A DNA stretch of 64,000 nucleotides from Candidatus Bathyarchaeota archaeon (GTDB lineage Archaea; Thermoproteota; Bathyarchaeia; 40CM-2-53-6), in NCBI GenBank assembly GCA_963726255.1, contig CAVSBL010000002.1, positions 544,001 through 608,000 of the forward strand, written 5' to 3'. Positions 1-10,755 of the stretch are shown one piece after another; position 1 is the first letter of the stretch, and each line of letters starts with the position of its first letter. Made by a program: the position numbers and the translations under genes. Below the pieces are notes generated by a model. It ran no database searches. It had not been told where the DNA came from and saw only the letters and a list, made by a program, of their open reading frames with translations.

Positions 1-299
1 ACTTCACAGTAACCGCAGAGGATTCCGCAATAACCCCATCAGTTAACGGAACATGGCCTCTGCAGGTCTACGTGTATGTAATACGCGCTGGCGGAACGAG
101 CGGGGCGTTTTTGCTCGATTATCAAACCGTCAGCAACGTGACAATTGTAGTAGGAGCAGTAGGTCCTACACCCGTGCCAGAATTCAATATTGGCTTAGGT
201 TTCACCATTTTCGTATCCTTGGCCATAGGGACCCTGATCTCAAGGACGAGCCGTCGCAGAGGAACTTGGTCTAGAGTTCGTCATCCAGGCGTAGGCTAA
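1..299 (+). CDS. C-terminal part of a surface protein with PEF-CTERM-like sorting signal (partial)
   Basis: Frame open from the window edge; ends VPEF + hydrophobic helix + basic tail (SRTSRRRG). Confidence 0.7.
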   Translation, partial: FTVTAEDSAITPSVNGTWPLQVYVYVIRAGGTSGAFLLDYQTVSNVTIVVGAVGPTPVPEFNIGLGFTIFVSLAIGTLISRTSRRRGTWSRVRHPGVG

Positions 300-488
300 G
301 GAGGTTGTTGATTCCTGGTATGAAGGCAACGCCGAATTACTCCCAAAACTCAATCCAACTCTCAACATGCGCTATTCGTGCGCAGCGCTTAGGCCTGTGG
401 TTTAGGTTCGTACCGGGAAATCAACAACCTATATGTAGCAGTCTCCTTGTTTCTGCTCGAATTCGCTTACAAGTTTGAGTTGGAACGG

Positions 489-1193
489 TTGACGATACAC
501 GCAGAAAATAAGCAATTAGTAGGCCCGGGCGAACTGCTGGCCGAAGGCCCCTTTTTTGCTGGGGAGAACACATACCGTGAGGGTTCGAAGGTCTTCTCTG
601 CACGGGTAGGGTTGGCAGAGGTCATTGGAAACAAGCTTGTCGTAGTCCCAATCAAGGGAGCGTACATTCCACGCCTCGACGATATTGTGCTCGGGCGTGT
701 AACTGATATCGGAATGTCCGGTTGGCAGGTTGACATCGGTGCGCCTTACCCGGCGATGTTGCCCGCCTCGGAGACTCCGCTACAGCACGACCGGGATTCT
801 GTGCGCCGTGATTTAGGGCACATCTACGGAGTCGGCGACCTCATGATCGCACAGGTCATAGCCTTCGACCGAACGCGAGATCCACTCCTGACCACGAGAG
901 GAAGAGGGCTCGGCAAGATGACCTCGGGACACGTGGCTCGAATAACGCCCGCAAAGATACCGCGAATCATCGGAAAGAAGGGTTCAATGATAACAATGTT
1001 GAAGAATGAGACTCAGACCGATATCATTCCAGGCCAAAACGGCGTTATCTTGGTAACTGGAAGAAACCCAGATAACGAAAGAACCGCAGTAGAAGCAATT
1101 TACATGATTGAACGCGAGGCACATACGACTGGCCTTACCGATCGCGTAAAAGCAATGATTGTGGAAAGAATGAAGGGAAAAACAGTTGGGTAG
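489..1193 (+). CDS. rrp4: Exosome RNA-binding subunit Rrp4 (S1+KH)
   Basis: [21 protein letters not shown] motif IIGKKGSMI; first gene of exosome cluster; TTG start 489 inferred. Confidence 0.95.
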   Translation: MTIHAENKQLVGPGELLAEGPFFAGENTYREGSKVFSARVGLAEVIGNKLVVVPIKGAYIPRLDDIVLGRVTDIGMSGWQVDIGAPYPAMLPASETPLQHDRDSVRRDLGHIYGVGDLMIAQVIAFDRTRDPLLTTRGRGLGKMTSGHVARITPAKIPRIIGKKGSMITMLKNETQTDIIPGQNGVILVTGRNPDNERTAVEAIYMIEREAHTTGLTDRVKAMIVERMKGKTVG

Positions 1194-1950
1194 ACACGAA
1201 CAAGTTCGCCTAATCGATAAGAACGGCCTTCGTGTGGACGGCCGACGCCTTGATGAACTCCGCCCACTAAAGTTGGAGGTTGGAATTCTAGACAAAGCAG
1301 ATGGATCCGCATATATCGAGCACGGGAAAAACAAAATACTCGCAGCAGTGTACGGTCCGAGAGAAGCCCACCCGAAACACATAGCCCTTGCAGACCGGGC
1401 TGTGGTCAGATGCCGATACCACATGGCCCCATTTTCAACTGACGAGCGGAAATCACCAGCCCCCTCTAGGCGAGAGTTGGAGCTTTCGAAAATGATCAGG
1501 GAATCGCTTGAGCCCGCAATAATGTCAGAGTATTTCCCGAGGGCAACGATAGACCTATTCATCGAAGTGTTGCAAGCTGACGCCGGAACAAGGTGCGCTG
1601 GAATAACCGCGGCCTCGCTCGCTTTGGCAGATGCAGGAATTCCGATGCGCGAGCTGGTTGCAGCTTGTGCCGCTGGGAAGATAGATGGCAAAGTGGTTTT
1701 GGACCTCTCGGACATTGAAGATAAGCAAGGAGACGCAGACCTGCCTGTAGCATACATGCCAAAATCAAACGTTATCGGTCTCCTGCAAATGGACGGTTCT
1801 TTGACCGAGGAAGAATTCAAACAAGCTCTAGATTTGAGCACCAATGCGTGCCGACAAATCTACGACATGCAAAGGGAAGCACTGCGACAGAAATACCATG
1901 TCGTGAGAGACGAAACAGAGGCGGAGGAAGTAGCGGAGGTCCACGCTTAA
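1186..1950 (+). CDS. rrp41: Exosome catalytic subunit Rrp41 (RNase PH)
   Basis: [32 protein letters not shown]. Confidence 0.97.
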   Translation: MGRHEQVRLIDKNGLRVDGRRLDELRPLKLEVGILDKADGSAYIEHGKNKILAAVYGPREAHPKHIALADRAVVRCRYHMAPFSTDERKSPAPSRRELELSKMIRESLEPAIMSEYFPRATIDLFIEVLQADAGTRCAGITAASLALADAGIPMRELVAACAAGKIDGKVVLDLSDIEDKQGDADLPVAYMPKSNVIGLLQMDGSLTEEEFKQALDLSTNACRQIYDMQREALRQKYHVVRDETEAEEVAEVHA

Positions 1951-2765
1951 TGTCAGCAACGCATCAACTTTCCCCTGTAGCCAAACTGGAGCAGAAGACT
2001 GTCCATGACCTAATAACAAAGGGAAAGCGGCTCGACGAACGAGGCCCGCTGGATTACAGGCCACTAACGATAATGATGGGCACGGTTGAGAAAGCAAACG
2101 GATCGGCGTACGTTTACCTCGGGAAAACCAAAGTCCTAGCAGGGGTGAAGATACAACCAGGGACCCCGTTCGAAGACACGCCTAACGAAGGAATTTTGAC
2201 CGTCAACTCGGAATTCGTACCCATGGCCTCGCCAACCTTTGAGGCCGGGCCGCCTGACGAAGACTCAATCGAACTGGCCAGAGTAGTTGACCGGGGCATA
2301 AGAGAGTCCAAAGCCATAGACTTGAAGAAGCTCTGCGTCGTGCCCGGCAAGAAAGTATTCGTGGTCTTCGTGGACATTTACACCCTCGACCACGACGGCA
2401 ACCTAATCGACGCAGCGGGGATGGCGGCCCTAGGAGCCCTGATTAACGCCAAGATGCGTGAATTCGAAGTCAAAGACGGCGAACTTGAGTTCAAGGACAA
2501 GATGATACCACTACCCATGCTCGACTATCCAGTTCCAATCACCTCAGCAAAAATCGATGGCTCAATCGTCCTCGACCCCTGCCTCGAGGAAGAGCAGGTG
2601 ACAAGCAGCAGGTTAACCGTCACAACCGGCAAAGACGATCGAATCTGCGCCATGCAAAAAGGAGGCCTCGGAGTCTTCACTCCCGAAGAGGTCAAGCAAA
2701 TTGTTTCAACCGCCATAAACAAATCCCGGGACCTCCGCCAAAGGATTCTATCAAAAGTGAACTAA
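1950..2765 (+). CDS. rrp42: Exosome subunit Rrp42
   Basis: RLDERGPLDYRP, ELARVVDRGIRES, DHDGNLIDA; ATG overlaps rrp41 stop. Confidence 0.97.
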   Translation: MSATHQLSPVAKLEQKTVHDLITKGKRLDERGPLDYRPLTIMMGTVEKANGSAYVYLGKTKVLAGVKIQPGTPFEDTPNEGILTVNSEFVPMASPTFEAGPPDEDSIELARVVDRGIRESKAIDLKKLCVVPGKKVFVVFVDIYTLDHDGNLIDAAGMAALGALINAKMREFEVKDGELEFKDKMIPLPMLDYPVPITSAKIDGSIVLDPCLEEEQVTSSRLTVTTGKDDRICAMQKGGLGVFTPEEVKQIVSTAINKSRDLRQRILSKVN

Positions 2766-2766
2766 T

Positions 2767-3189
2767 GTGGGAAGAACGTACAAGGTCGGTCCCTCGGGTA
2801 GCTTCGGAGCCCGCTACGGGACCGTGGCTAGGAAAAGATACTCAACCGTCGTAACCACATTAAGAGCCGCGCACGAATGCCCCCAATGCCATTTAACGGC
2901 CGTAAAACGCATGTCCATCGGAATTTGGCTTTGCGGCCGCTGCGGTTTCGAATTTGCTGGTGGCGCATATACCCCAATCACAAAACTAGGACAAGTTGCC
3001 GAAAGAGCGGCACGCGCGGGAGTCGCGTCCAGCCTTGACGCCGAACTCAAGGCCGAGAAAGCAAAGGTAAGGGAAGCCGAGGCCAAAGCTAAGACAGCTA
3101 AGAGAAGGCGAAGAAAGGCTGAGACAAAGAAACGCGAAGAGGCGGCGAAGGCAAACGAGGCGGGTCCCGCCGAGGACAAAGCCGCTTAA
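2767..3189 (+). CDS. rpl37ae: 50S ribosomal protein eL43 (L37Ae) with long Lys/Ala/Glu C-terminal tail
   Basis: FGARYG, CPQC...GIWLCGRC..FAGGAY. Confidence 0.95.
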   Translation: MGRTYKVGPSGSFGARYGTVARKRYSTVVTTLRAAHECPQCHLTAVKRMSIGIWLCGRCGFEFAGGAYTPITKLGQVAERAARAGVASSLDAELKAEKAKVREAEAKAKTAKRRRRKAETKKREEAAKANEAGPAEDKAA

Positions 3190-3202
3190 TCAACACCGCA
3201 AC

Positions 3203-3514
3203 TTGAGTAGATATCGGCTGACTAAGGCCCGCGCTACTGTCGGCGTGGTTTTTCGAACAAGGCAACAGATGGACGCCATTGCCCAAGGCCTGGCCCCTGA
3301 GCTAAGGCATCCCGCCGGTAAGAGAGCCACCGCAAAAATCGTAACCCGCGGGAGGAAATTGAGCTTTCGATTCGAGGCGAACGATTCGGCGGCACTTCGA
3401 GCCATTATGAGTTCCTACCTCAGACTGCTGGCTGCTTCACTGAACGTCTCTGACTCTCTAATGCAACTTGAACGCTCACATGCACCGAGAAAAATCGATA
3501 ATAGCACTGATTAA
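3203..3514 (+). CDS. pcc1: KEOPS complex subunit Pcc1
   Basis: L.PE motif and FEANDSAALRAIMSSYLRLL; usual exosome-operon position. Confidence 0.8.
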   Translation: MSRYRLTKARATVGVVFRTRQQMDAIAQGLAPELRHPAGKRATAKIVTRGRKLSFRFEANDSAALRAIMSSYLRLLAASLNVSDSLMQLERSHAPRKIDNSTD

Positions 3515-3544
3515 CAGCGAACCAACTAAACCAGGCGGTCGCCT

Positions 3545-4765
3545 ATGATTCAGGATTTGGACGCGGAGATGCGGAAGCGGGATGTTAACGCAATCGTAGT
3601 TATTGGGGACACAACCCTCGCCAACCCTGATTTGATCTATGCCGTGGGCGGGAACCTCGCTCGGGGCGGAATCTACTTCAAACGAGAAGGAAACAAGCCC
3701 CTGTTACTCGTGGGCAACATCGACCTTGGCAGTGCTAGGAAGCTTGGACGCGTTCACAGAATTCAGACTTACACCGACTGGGGTTTCGAGAAACTTGTAA
3801 AGAAATATCGCCGAAGAGACGAAGCAATGCCTCGCCTAATTTCCACCGTCCTCAGGCGAGAAGGTGCATCCGGGAAGGTCGGACTGTTCGGCAGAAGCGA
3901 CCTCGCTTCTGGAATTTATTTGACGAACCGGTTGAGGGCGCTCGGCGTAAAGGTTGTTGGTGGTCAGTCGCCGACTATTCTCGAAGCCGCGCGGGAGACC
4001 AAGGACAAGAGGGAGTTGGATGAAATACGAAGTGTTGGAAGAAAAACCGCGGAAGTCGTCGGTGAAGTCGTTGATGTTTTAAGGAACATGAAGAGGACAC
4101 GCGGACATTTCCAGATCAGTAAGAAACGAGCTATAATCGGATTAGTCAAATCAATAATCGCAACCAAGATCGCGAAGAAGGGTTTGACTGCGCCAGAGGG
4201 TACGATTTTCGCGATAGGGCCATCTGGCGCTGATCCCCACAACAGTGGGGTTGATTCAGACGAGATAAGGAAAGGCCGGTTGATTGTTTTCGACATATTT
4301 CCGCAAGCGGAGACCGGATACTGGTTCGACCTCACACGAACCTATGTCGTCGGCAGGGCGGATGCGAAAGCTAAGCGTCTCTATGAGACTGTGCACGAAG
4401 CGCAGGCTACCTCACTCGACTTTGTGAGGGCTGGGTTGAAGGGAGAGGAGGCGATGGTGGCGGCTTGTGATGTAATAGAACGGGCCGGATACAGAACCGT
4501 GCGGGAGGTCTACGAGGGTAAAGCCAAGGCCCTGTTCTCAGGGTTCAATCACTCTCTCGGGCACGGAGTTGGCCTGACAATAGGTGAGCGGCCAGGCCTC
4601 GGTCTATTGAGTAAAGACCCGTTGAAGGCAAATGGGGTTGTGACTGTTGAACCGGGTGTCTACCTGCCCAAGTATGGGGGCGTCAGGATTGAAGACACCG
4701 TGAAGATAACACAGAAAGGATACGAGAACTTGGTGCAGGTTGAGAAAGAACTGGAGATCCTGTAG
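3545..4765 (+). CDS. Xaa-Pro peptidase family (M24B)
   Basis: ADPH, FDIFP..YWFDLTRT, HSLGHGVG, TVEPGVY, GVRIED. Confidence 0.93.
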   Translation: MIQDLDAEMRKRDVNAIVVIGDTTLANPDLIYAVGGNLARGGIYFKREGNKPLLLVGNIDLGSARKLGRVHRIQTYTDWGFEKLVKKYRRRDEAMPRLISTVLRREGASGKVGLFGRSDLASGIYLTNRLRALGVKVVGGQSPTILEAARETKDKRELDEIRSVGRKTAEVVGEVVDVLRNMKRTRGHFQISKKRAIIGLVKSIIATKIAKKGLTAPEGTIFAIGPSGADPHNSGVDSDEIRKGRLIVFDIFPQAETGYWFDLTRTYVVGRADAKAKRLYETVHEAQATSLDFVRAGLKGEEAMVAACDVIERAGYRTVREVYEGKAKALFSGFNHSLGHGVGLTIGERPGLGLLSKDPLKANGVVTVEPGVYLPKYGGVRIEDTVKITQKGYENLVQVEKELEIL

Positions 4766-4779
4766 GGAATGGCTGAAGA

Positions 4780-5268
4780 TTGAACACCAAAATTGTCGAC
4801 GTAAAGGTCCCCGATGGATGCAACGTAATATTGGGGCAGAGCCACTTCATCAAAACCGTTGAAGACCTGTACGAGGCCCTCATCAACGCAGTTCCAACCA
4901 TAAAGTTCGGCCTGGCGTTTTGCGAATCGAGTGGGCCGTGCTTAGTTCGAGTTGACGGTAACGATTCTGAACTGAAGGATTTGGCGTCGAAAAGTGCCTT
5001 CGCCTTATCTGCAGGTCACAGTTTCATAATCTTCATGAGAAATGCGTACCCGTTAAACGTCCTTGATAAGGTGAAGGCGGTTCCGGAAGTGTGTAACATT
5101 TTCATGGCCACAGCTAACCCATTTCAGGTAATCCTTGCCGAAACAGAACAGGGACGAGGTATCCTAGGGGTCGTGGATGGTTACGCGTCTAAAGGAATTG
5201 AGACAGAAAGGGACGTGCACGAGCGGAAGGAATTCCTAAGGAAAATAGGCTACAAACTCTCAACTTGA
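4780..5268 (+). CDS. Putative adenosine-specific kinase (DUF355/PAE2307-like)
   Basis: [40 protein letters not shown]. Confidence 0.88.
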   Translation: MNTKIVDVKVPDGCNVILGQSHFIKTVEDLYEALINAVPTIKFGLAFCESSGPCLVRVDGNDSELKDLASKSAFALSAGHSFIIFMRNAYPLNVLDKVKAVPEVCNIFMATANPFQVILAETEQGRGILGVVDGYASKGIETERDVHERKEFLRKIGYKLST

Positions 5269-6708
5269 CTTTGCCGTCGGTCTCGTTGACGCACGATACC
5301 AACGCATCCCGGCTGGCGTATCTTCGAGGCCGATCCCTAAGTTCGCGAGGCTCGCCCGAATAGAATCGGCGCTTGCCCAGTCGCCTTTCTTTCTTGCGTC
5401 CTCCCGCATTTTAAGGAACAGCTTCAGGAGACCGTCAAACTGCTTGTCTTGCGAGGCATTCGTTGGGCGCAGTATGCCGAATACACTGCCAAAGTAGTCG
5501 AAGGTCTTGATTACTAATTCGATAGAGTCGCGACCGATTGGCCGTGAAGCGTATGGCTCGACGTCTTTGGCATAGGCTATAACTGCTGCCAAGGCGCGCG
5601 GTGTATTGAAATCCTCATCCATTGCCTCCATAAAGCGCTGTGTTGCTTCAGACGACAACCTCTCTACTTCTGCGTCCCGTTCGCCGCCCGGTTTCATGGC
5701 CTCTGCTATTGCCTTGAATTGATTGTATACCGCGCGCAATTTGTCGAGAACTTGTTCTGCTTGAGTGATATCAGATTCGTCGAACTCCAATTGGCTGCGG
5801 TAGTGCCTCATACCATAGTAGAGCCGAAGGGCTTCAGCGTCATACTTGCGAAGGGTTTCCTCTATGGTTATGAAATTGCCCATTGAATGCCCCATACGTT
5901 CGCCGCGCGTCATGAGTAACCCTCCATGCACCCAGAATCGCACGAGCGGTTGGACACCCGTCGCCGCCTCAGCCTGAGCAATCTCCGCCTCATGGTGTGG
6001 GAAGACCAAATCGAGTCCGCCTCCGTGCAGGTCGTAGGTGGGGCCAAAATAGGTGGTTGTTATTGCCGTATCTTCAATATGCCAACCAGGCCTTCCCTTG
6101 CCCCAGGGGCTTTCCCATGAAGGCTCTCCAGGTTTCTGGCTCTTCCATAGGGCGAAGTCCACTACGTTCCTCTTTCTGGCGTCGGGGTCGATCCTGTGCA
6201 TCACTAGCTGCTCAATCTTTTGCCCGGAAAGCTCTCCGTAACGAGGGAACTTCGTGACATCATAGTAAACATCCCCTTCCACTTGGTATGCAAATCCCTT
6301 TTCGATAAGCGTCGCAATCTGCGCGATTATTTCAGGGACGTGCTCGGATGCCTTGGCGTATAGGTTAACGCTGGTTATTCCAAGCGCTTCCATGTCGCGC
6401 ATGAACTCTTTCGTAAACCGATCTGCTAAACGCAGGGGGTCTTCGCCGGATTCGTTGGCTCGGGCTATGATCTTATCATCGATGTCTGTTACGTTCATCA
6501 GGTAGAAGAGGCTGAAGCCTCTGGCCCTTAGATACCTTGCAATAATATCGTAGGCCAAGTAGGTTCTTGCATGGCCGATGTGGCTGTGGTCGTATACGGT
6601 AGGCCCGCATACGAACATGTAAACTCGGTTGCCTCGCGCTGGCTTGAATTCCTCGACCGACCGCGTTCTAGTATTATAAATCCTCAAACCCAAAGCGACC
6701 TCCCCCAA
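5260..6708 (-). CDS. cysS: Cysteine--tRNA ligase
   Basis: [44 protein letters not shown]. Confidence 0.96.
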   Translation of the reverse strand: MGEVALGLRIYNTRTRSVEEFKPARGNRVYMFVCGPTVYDHSHIGHARTYLAYDIIARYLRARGFSLFYLMNVTDIDDKIIARANESGEDPLRLADRFTKEFMRDMEALGITSVNLYAKASEHVPEIIAQIATLIEKGFAYQVEGDVYYDVTKFPRYGELSGQKIEQLVMHRIDPDARKRNVVDFALWKSQKPGEPSWESPWGKGRPGWHIEDTAITTTYFGPTYDLHGGGLDLVFPHHEAEIAQAEAATGVQPLVRFWVHGGLLMTRGERMGHSMGNFITIEETLRKYDAEALRLYYGMRHYRSQLEFDESDITQAEQVLDKLRAVYNQFKAIAEAMKPGGERDAEVERLSSEATQRFMEAMDEDFNTPRALAAVIAYAKDVEPYASRPIGRDSIELVIKTFDYFGSVFGILRPTNASQDKQFDGLLKLFLKMREDARKKGDWASADSIRASLANLGIGLEDTPAGMRWYRASTRPTAKSS

Positions 6709-6844
6709 TGATAGCGGATAAGTTCTAACGGCTGTAATAGTTCGTGATCAGTTAAGCGCAAGAGCCCGGGTTCCTTCGCAAACGCGTTCACCCATATTCC
6801 TCGCCGTCTTGGCAGACGAAGCTTCTTGACATCTAATTAATCTT

Positions 6845-6896
6845 ATGATGAGGCGCGTCCTCGCAACTTGAACTCTGCGGGGCTGCGGTGCGCTGA
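6845..6896 (+). ncRNA. Candidate box C/D sRNA
   Basis: Intergenic ATGATGA (6845-6851) to CTGA (6893-6896), 52 nt in total; internal C'/D' boxes unclear. Confidence 0.35.
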
Positions 6897-7031
6897 GCAG
6901 TTGAGTGAGCAGTTCTTCGAAGTTGGTCGTGGTATGAGTGTGCCAGAGTTTCTTCGAGGGTTGGATTTGATTTTACCCTCACACATATATTGAACGGACT
7001 GTTCCAATCTGCAAAATGGATGATTCTCGGC

Positions 7032-8303
7032 ATGGCACAAGCGATTCTCAAGTCGGAGAAGAAGGGCGATGAACTCGTGGTTCAGCCCGAGGTCAACATC
7101 GGGACTCTCGGGCATGTTGACAATGGCAAGAGTACGCTTGTGCAAGCCCTGACCGGTGTGTGGACCGCCCGGCATTCGGAAGAACTCCGCAGAGGAATTA
7201 CAATTAAAATAGGGTACGCTGACGCCTTCATCTACAAATGCCCGAAATGTCGCGCCCCAAGCAATTACACGACGCGGACCAAGTGCCCGAACTGCGGCAG
7301 CGAAACCAAGTTCGTTCGGGCCGTGAGCTTCGTTGATTGTCCCGGTCACCACAGCCTAATGGTCACAATGCTTTCGGGCTCATCGTTGATGGATGGGGCA
7401 CTGTTCGTGTTAGCTAGCAATGCAAAGTGCCCCCAAGCACAGGATAGGGAGCACCTCCTGGCAGCCGAGAGTGTGGGGATCAGGAACCTGGTAATCGTCC
7501 AGAACAAGATCGACGTTGTGACAAAAGAAAGGGCAATAGAGAACCACAAAGAAATTAGAGCATTCGTGAAAGGAACGATGGCTGAAGAAGCACCAATCAT
7601 ACCAATCTCAGCCCAACATGGAACGAACATCGATGTTATGTTGAAAGAGATTGAGGACCGGATACCGACACCTAAGCGCAACCTCACCGCGCCAGCGCGC
7701 GCATACGTGCTGAGGTCTTTTGAGGTGAACAAACCGGGGACTGAAACAGATGACTTGGTTGGGGGGGTGATCGGAGGCTCAATAATCCAAGGCGCCTTCA
7801 GGGTCGGAGATCAGGTCGAAATTAGACCTGGAATCCTTGTGCAGGAAGGCGGAAAGAGTAGGTACGAACGCTTAGTGACTACAGTTAGGAGCCTCAACGT
7901 TAGCAGAGGCCCGGTACAGGAGGCAAAGAGCGGCGGCTTGGTTGGAATAGGTACCGACCTAGACCCATCTCTTACGAAATCAGACGGCCTCGTCGGAAGC
8001 GTGACTGGAAAAATTGACACACTACCACCCACATTGGGAAGTATTACGCTAGACGTCAAGCTCTTCGAGAAAGTCGTTGGAACGGAACAGGCTGTGCCAG
8101 TGGACAAGATACGAACAAATGAAGCGTTGGTGTTGAACGTAGGAACCACTGTGACATCGGGCCTCGTCACTTCTGCCCGCGAAAACGTAGCGGATGTTAC
8201 TCTCAAGAAACCCGTCTGCGCCGAGGGCGGGGCGAAAGTCGCCATAAGCCGCAGAATAGCTGATAGCTGGCGACTCATTGGTTTTGGAACGCTGAGGGCG
8301 TAG
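7032..8303 (+). CDS. eif2g: Translation initiation factor aIF2 gamma subunit
   Basis: QPEVNIGTLGHVDNGKS, GITIKIGY, Zn knuckles, DCPGH, NKID, WRLIGFG. Confidence 0.97.
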   Translation: MAQAILKSEKKGDELVVQPEVNIGTLGHVDNGKSTLVQALTGVWTARHSEELRRGITIKIGYADAFIYKCPKCRAPSNYTTRTKCPNCGSETKFVRAVSFVDCPGHHSLMVTMLSGSSLMDGALFVLASNAKCPQAQDREHLLAAESVGIRNLVIVQNKIDVVTKERAIENHKEIRAFVKGTMAEEAPIIPISAQHGTNIDVMLKEIEDRIPTPKRNLTAPARAYVLRSFEVNKPGTETDDLVGGVIGGSIIQGAFRVGDQVEIRPGILVQEGGKSRYERLVTTVRSLNVSRGPVQEAKSGGLVGIGTDLDPSLTKSDGLVGSVTGKIDTLPPTLGSITLDVKLFEKVVGTEQAVPVDKIRTNEALVLNVGTTVTSGLVTSARENVADVTLKKPVCAEGGAKVAISRRIADSWRLIGFGTLRA

Positions 8304-8305
8304 AA

Positions 8306-8713
8306 ATGCCCGTAAAGGTTATTCTAGATTCGAATTTCCTTATGATACCGTTCCAATTCAATCTCGATGTCTTCCAGGAAATCGAATTTCTTCTTCAGAA
8401 GAAAGTAGATTTCATTGTCCCTTCAGCTGTTAAGAGTGAGCTGACGGGTATCTCTTCAAGAGGGGGTGAGGGCGCCGCTGAAGCTTCCTTAGCGCTTCAG
8501 CTTGCGTCACGGTGCCGTGTTGTAGAGGTCACTCTTGATCCGGGTGAGACGGTTGATGATGCAATAGTTAAGGCATCGCAAAAACTAGGAGCGGTCGTTG
8601 CGACAACCGACATCGCCCTCAAGAAGAGGCTAAGAGATATTAACATCCCGGTCGTGTACCTGAGAGACAAATCAAAACTAGAAGTCGACGGAATAGAACC
8701 TGCCTACCTGTAA
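8306..8713 (+). CDS. PIN-domain protein (Fcf1/Utp24-like)
   Basis: VILDSNFL, VDDAIV, VATTD..LKKR; conserved position after aIF2 gamma. Confidence 0.88.
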   Translation: MPVKVILDSNFLMIPFQFNLDVFQEIEFLLQKKVDFIVPSAVKSELTGISSRGGEGAAEASLALQLASRCRVVEVTLDPGETVDDAIVKASQKLGAVVATTDIALKKRLRDINIPVVYLRDKSKLEVDGIEPAYL

Positions 8714-8745
8714 AGGAAATTTGTGGTCGTGTTGAGGTAAGTCAA

Positions 8746-9320
8746 ATGTTTCGATTAGTCACCGTTGAAGATATAGTCAGAATTCCCCCAAAGAGCTTTG
8801 GCCACCCCATCGATAAAGCGGCTAAGGAACAGATCAAGCTGAAGTACGAGAACAGCGTGGATGAAGAACTCGGCTACGTAATCCTCGTCGTTGATGTAGA
8901 TGTTGACCCGGTTGGAAAAATACTTCCGGGTGATGGTTCTACCTACCATAAGGTCAACTTCAAACTCCTTTCCTTCTACCCAGAGATGCATGAGGTTGTG
9001 GAAGGCGAAGTCGTAGAGGTGACCGATTTCGGCGCATTCGTCAGAATCGGCCCCGAGGATGCGTTGCTGCATGTTTCGCAAATTATGGACGATTACATTT
9101 CCTTCGATGAGAAGCACGGCGTGCTCGTCGGTAAAGAGTCTCAAAGAAAACTGGGCAAGGGTGACATGGTTCGCGGTCGGATTATTGCCGTTAGCTTCCC
9201 CGCGGAGGCGCGGGAGGCAAGATAGGTATCACGATGCGTCAACCCTTCCTCGGGAAACTGGATTGGATAGAGGCTGACATCAAGCGAACGAAGGTTGTAC
9301 ATGAGGAGAAGGCCGCTTGA
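8746..9320 (+). CDS. rpoE1: RNA polymerase subunit Rpo7 (E'); 1-nt frameshift at CCCC 9198-9201
   Basis: GEVVEVTDFGAFVRIGP.DALLHVSQI; one extra C restores ...GKIGITMRQPFLGKLDWI to TGA 9320. Confidence 0.93.
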
Positions 9321-9502
9321 GTGATAAGGCCTGCAAGAACTGCAGGTTCATCAGTAATGGACCAGTATGCCCCAACTGCAAGTCGACCAACCTCAGTGAC
9401 GACTGGACCGGTCTAGTTGTCATCATAGATCCTTCCACCTCTGAGGTCGCGAAGAGGATGGAGATCAAAGGGCCCGGCCGGTATGCCATAAGGGTCCGCT
9501 GA
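9317..9502 (+). CDS. spt4: Transcription elongation factor Spt4 (RpoE'')
   Basis: ACKNC..CPNC..LSDDWTG..IIDP..PGRYAIRVR. Confidence 0.95.
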   Translation: MSDKACKNCRFISNGPVCPNCKSTNLSDDWTGLVVIIDPSTSEVAKRMEIKGPGRYAIRVR

Positions 9503-9538
9503 TATCTTGCGCAGTAGAAGCTGACAAGTGTTTCCTAC

Positions 9539-10057
9539 GTGGCAACACTACTCTTGACCGAAACCCAGAGGGGGTTACTCAAACGACCACTTGGAGAGTT
9601 AATCTCTGGGACACCCACCGAGTGCAACTCCAAACTCATGGAGATTATGGCAAAAGAGAAACCAGTGCGACTGATTCTGGTCGGTGACACCATATCTCGA
9701 AATGCCATCCAAACAGGAATGAAAGCAGACGTAATCATTATCGATCGTATGGAGAAGCGCCAGCAGGCTGTTGAATTCAACTACACAGCAGACAATATCT
9801 TCCGGACACAAAACTCGGCCGGAACAATCGAGTCGGGGGCGTGGAAAGTTATCGAGGAAGCTGTACGGAGAGGGAACAGTATTGTGTACGTGGATGGCGA
9901 AGAGGACTTACTGGCACTCCCCGCTGTCTTGTCTTCGCCGGAAAAGTCCATTGTGGTCTATGGACAGCCGGGCGAGGGAATCGTTCTCGTCAGGGTCTCC
10001 GCTCAAAGTAAGAAACAAGTCAGCAAATTCGTCGAGCAAATGCAGAAGAAAAACTGA
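9539..10057 (+). CDS. GTP-dependent dephospho-CoA kinase (DUF359)
   Basis: LKRPLG, VGD, DGEEDLL, YGQPGEG. Confidence 0.9.
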   Translation: MATLLLTETQRGLLKRPLGELISGTPTECNSKLMEIMAKEKPVRLILVGDTISRNAIQTGMKADVIIIDRMEKRQQAVEFNYTADNIFRTQNSAGTIESGAWKVIEEAVRRGNSIVYVDGEEDLLALPAVLSSPEKSIVVYGQPGEGIVLVRVSAQSKKQVSKFVEQMQKKN

Positions 10058-10059
10058 TC

Positions 10060-10275
10060 TTACTTAGTGGCCTTCACAAAGTCGGTAAAGCTACATGAGC
10101 CACATGTCCAACGTTCGACGGGGCTCTTGTGAAACGCCATAATGTTGCCACACCGCGGGCACTTTCGATTCTTGAGTTTGATGGTTCCCTTCTCGGAGTC
10201 AACCTCGTAAAGGGTGTTGAGTCTGCTCTTCGGTTCCTTTTTCTCGCTCACTTTCTCGCTCGCTTTGTCGCTCAC
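10060..10275 (-). CDS. rps27ae: 30S ribosomal protein eS31 (S27ae)
   Basis: CPRCG..MAFH...RWTCGSC. Confidence 0.93.
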   Translation of the reverse strand: MSDKASEKVSEKKEPKSRLNTLYEVDSEKGTIKLKNRKCPRCGNIMAFHKSPVERWTCGSCSFTDFVKATK

Positions 10276-10742
10276 TTCGCTTCGCTCCCTTTGGCCTTCT
10301 TAGGCGCTTCCGCTTTTGCTTCCGGTTTGGGCTTCTCTTCCTTGACCTCTTTGGGTTCTACCTTCGGCGTTTCCGGTTTTGCCTTTTCCGCCTTCGGTTT
10401 CTCAGCCTTGGGCTTTGCTTCTTCTTTCTTGGCTTCCTGTTCCCTTACTTTCTTTCGTTCCTCTGGCGGAAGGTTACGAACTTGAACGTACTTTGGGACC
10501 GTCCGTTGGGCGCTCTGCGGGTCATCGTAAACCTCTACCGCGCACAGGGCGCTCTGTGTGCCAGTTTTCGTTTCAATGTCAAGAACGTAGACGTTCTCCG
10601 GTTTAGTATTGAATTTAGTCGCGATGGCTTTCCTCAAGTCAATCCTTGAAGGGGTACCGGCCGCGTCATGGTCGACTTCTACGCGAACTTCCTTTCGCTT
10701 CAGGAGAGGGTTATACGTGTCTTGCCTAACCTTGAAATCCAA
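10272..10742 (-). CDS. rps24e: 30S ribosomal protein eS24 with KPKAE-repeat tail
   Basis: NPLLKRKE, TPSR.DLR, TKTG, VYD. Confidence 0.93.
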   Translation of the reverse strand: MDFKVRQDTYNPLLKRKEVRVEVDHDAAGTPSRIDLRKAIATKFNTKPENVYVLDIETKTGTQSALCAVEVYDDPQSAQRTVPKYVQVRNLPPEERKKVREQEAKKEEAKPKAEKPKAEKAKPETPKVEPKEVKEEKPKPEAKAEAPKKAKGSEAK

Positions 10743-10755
10743 TCATCTACGCCTC

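Noticed and set aside
9190-9225. rpoE' frameshift as an intron or programmed frameshift
   Set aside because: One extra C in the CCCC run restores the expected length and motif; no surplus sequence and no BHB seen. Probable homopolymer sequencing error in an essential gene.
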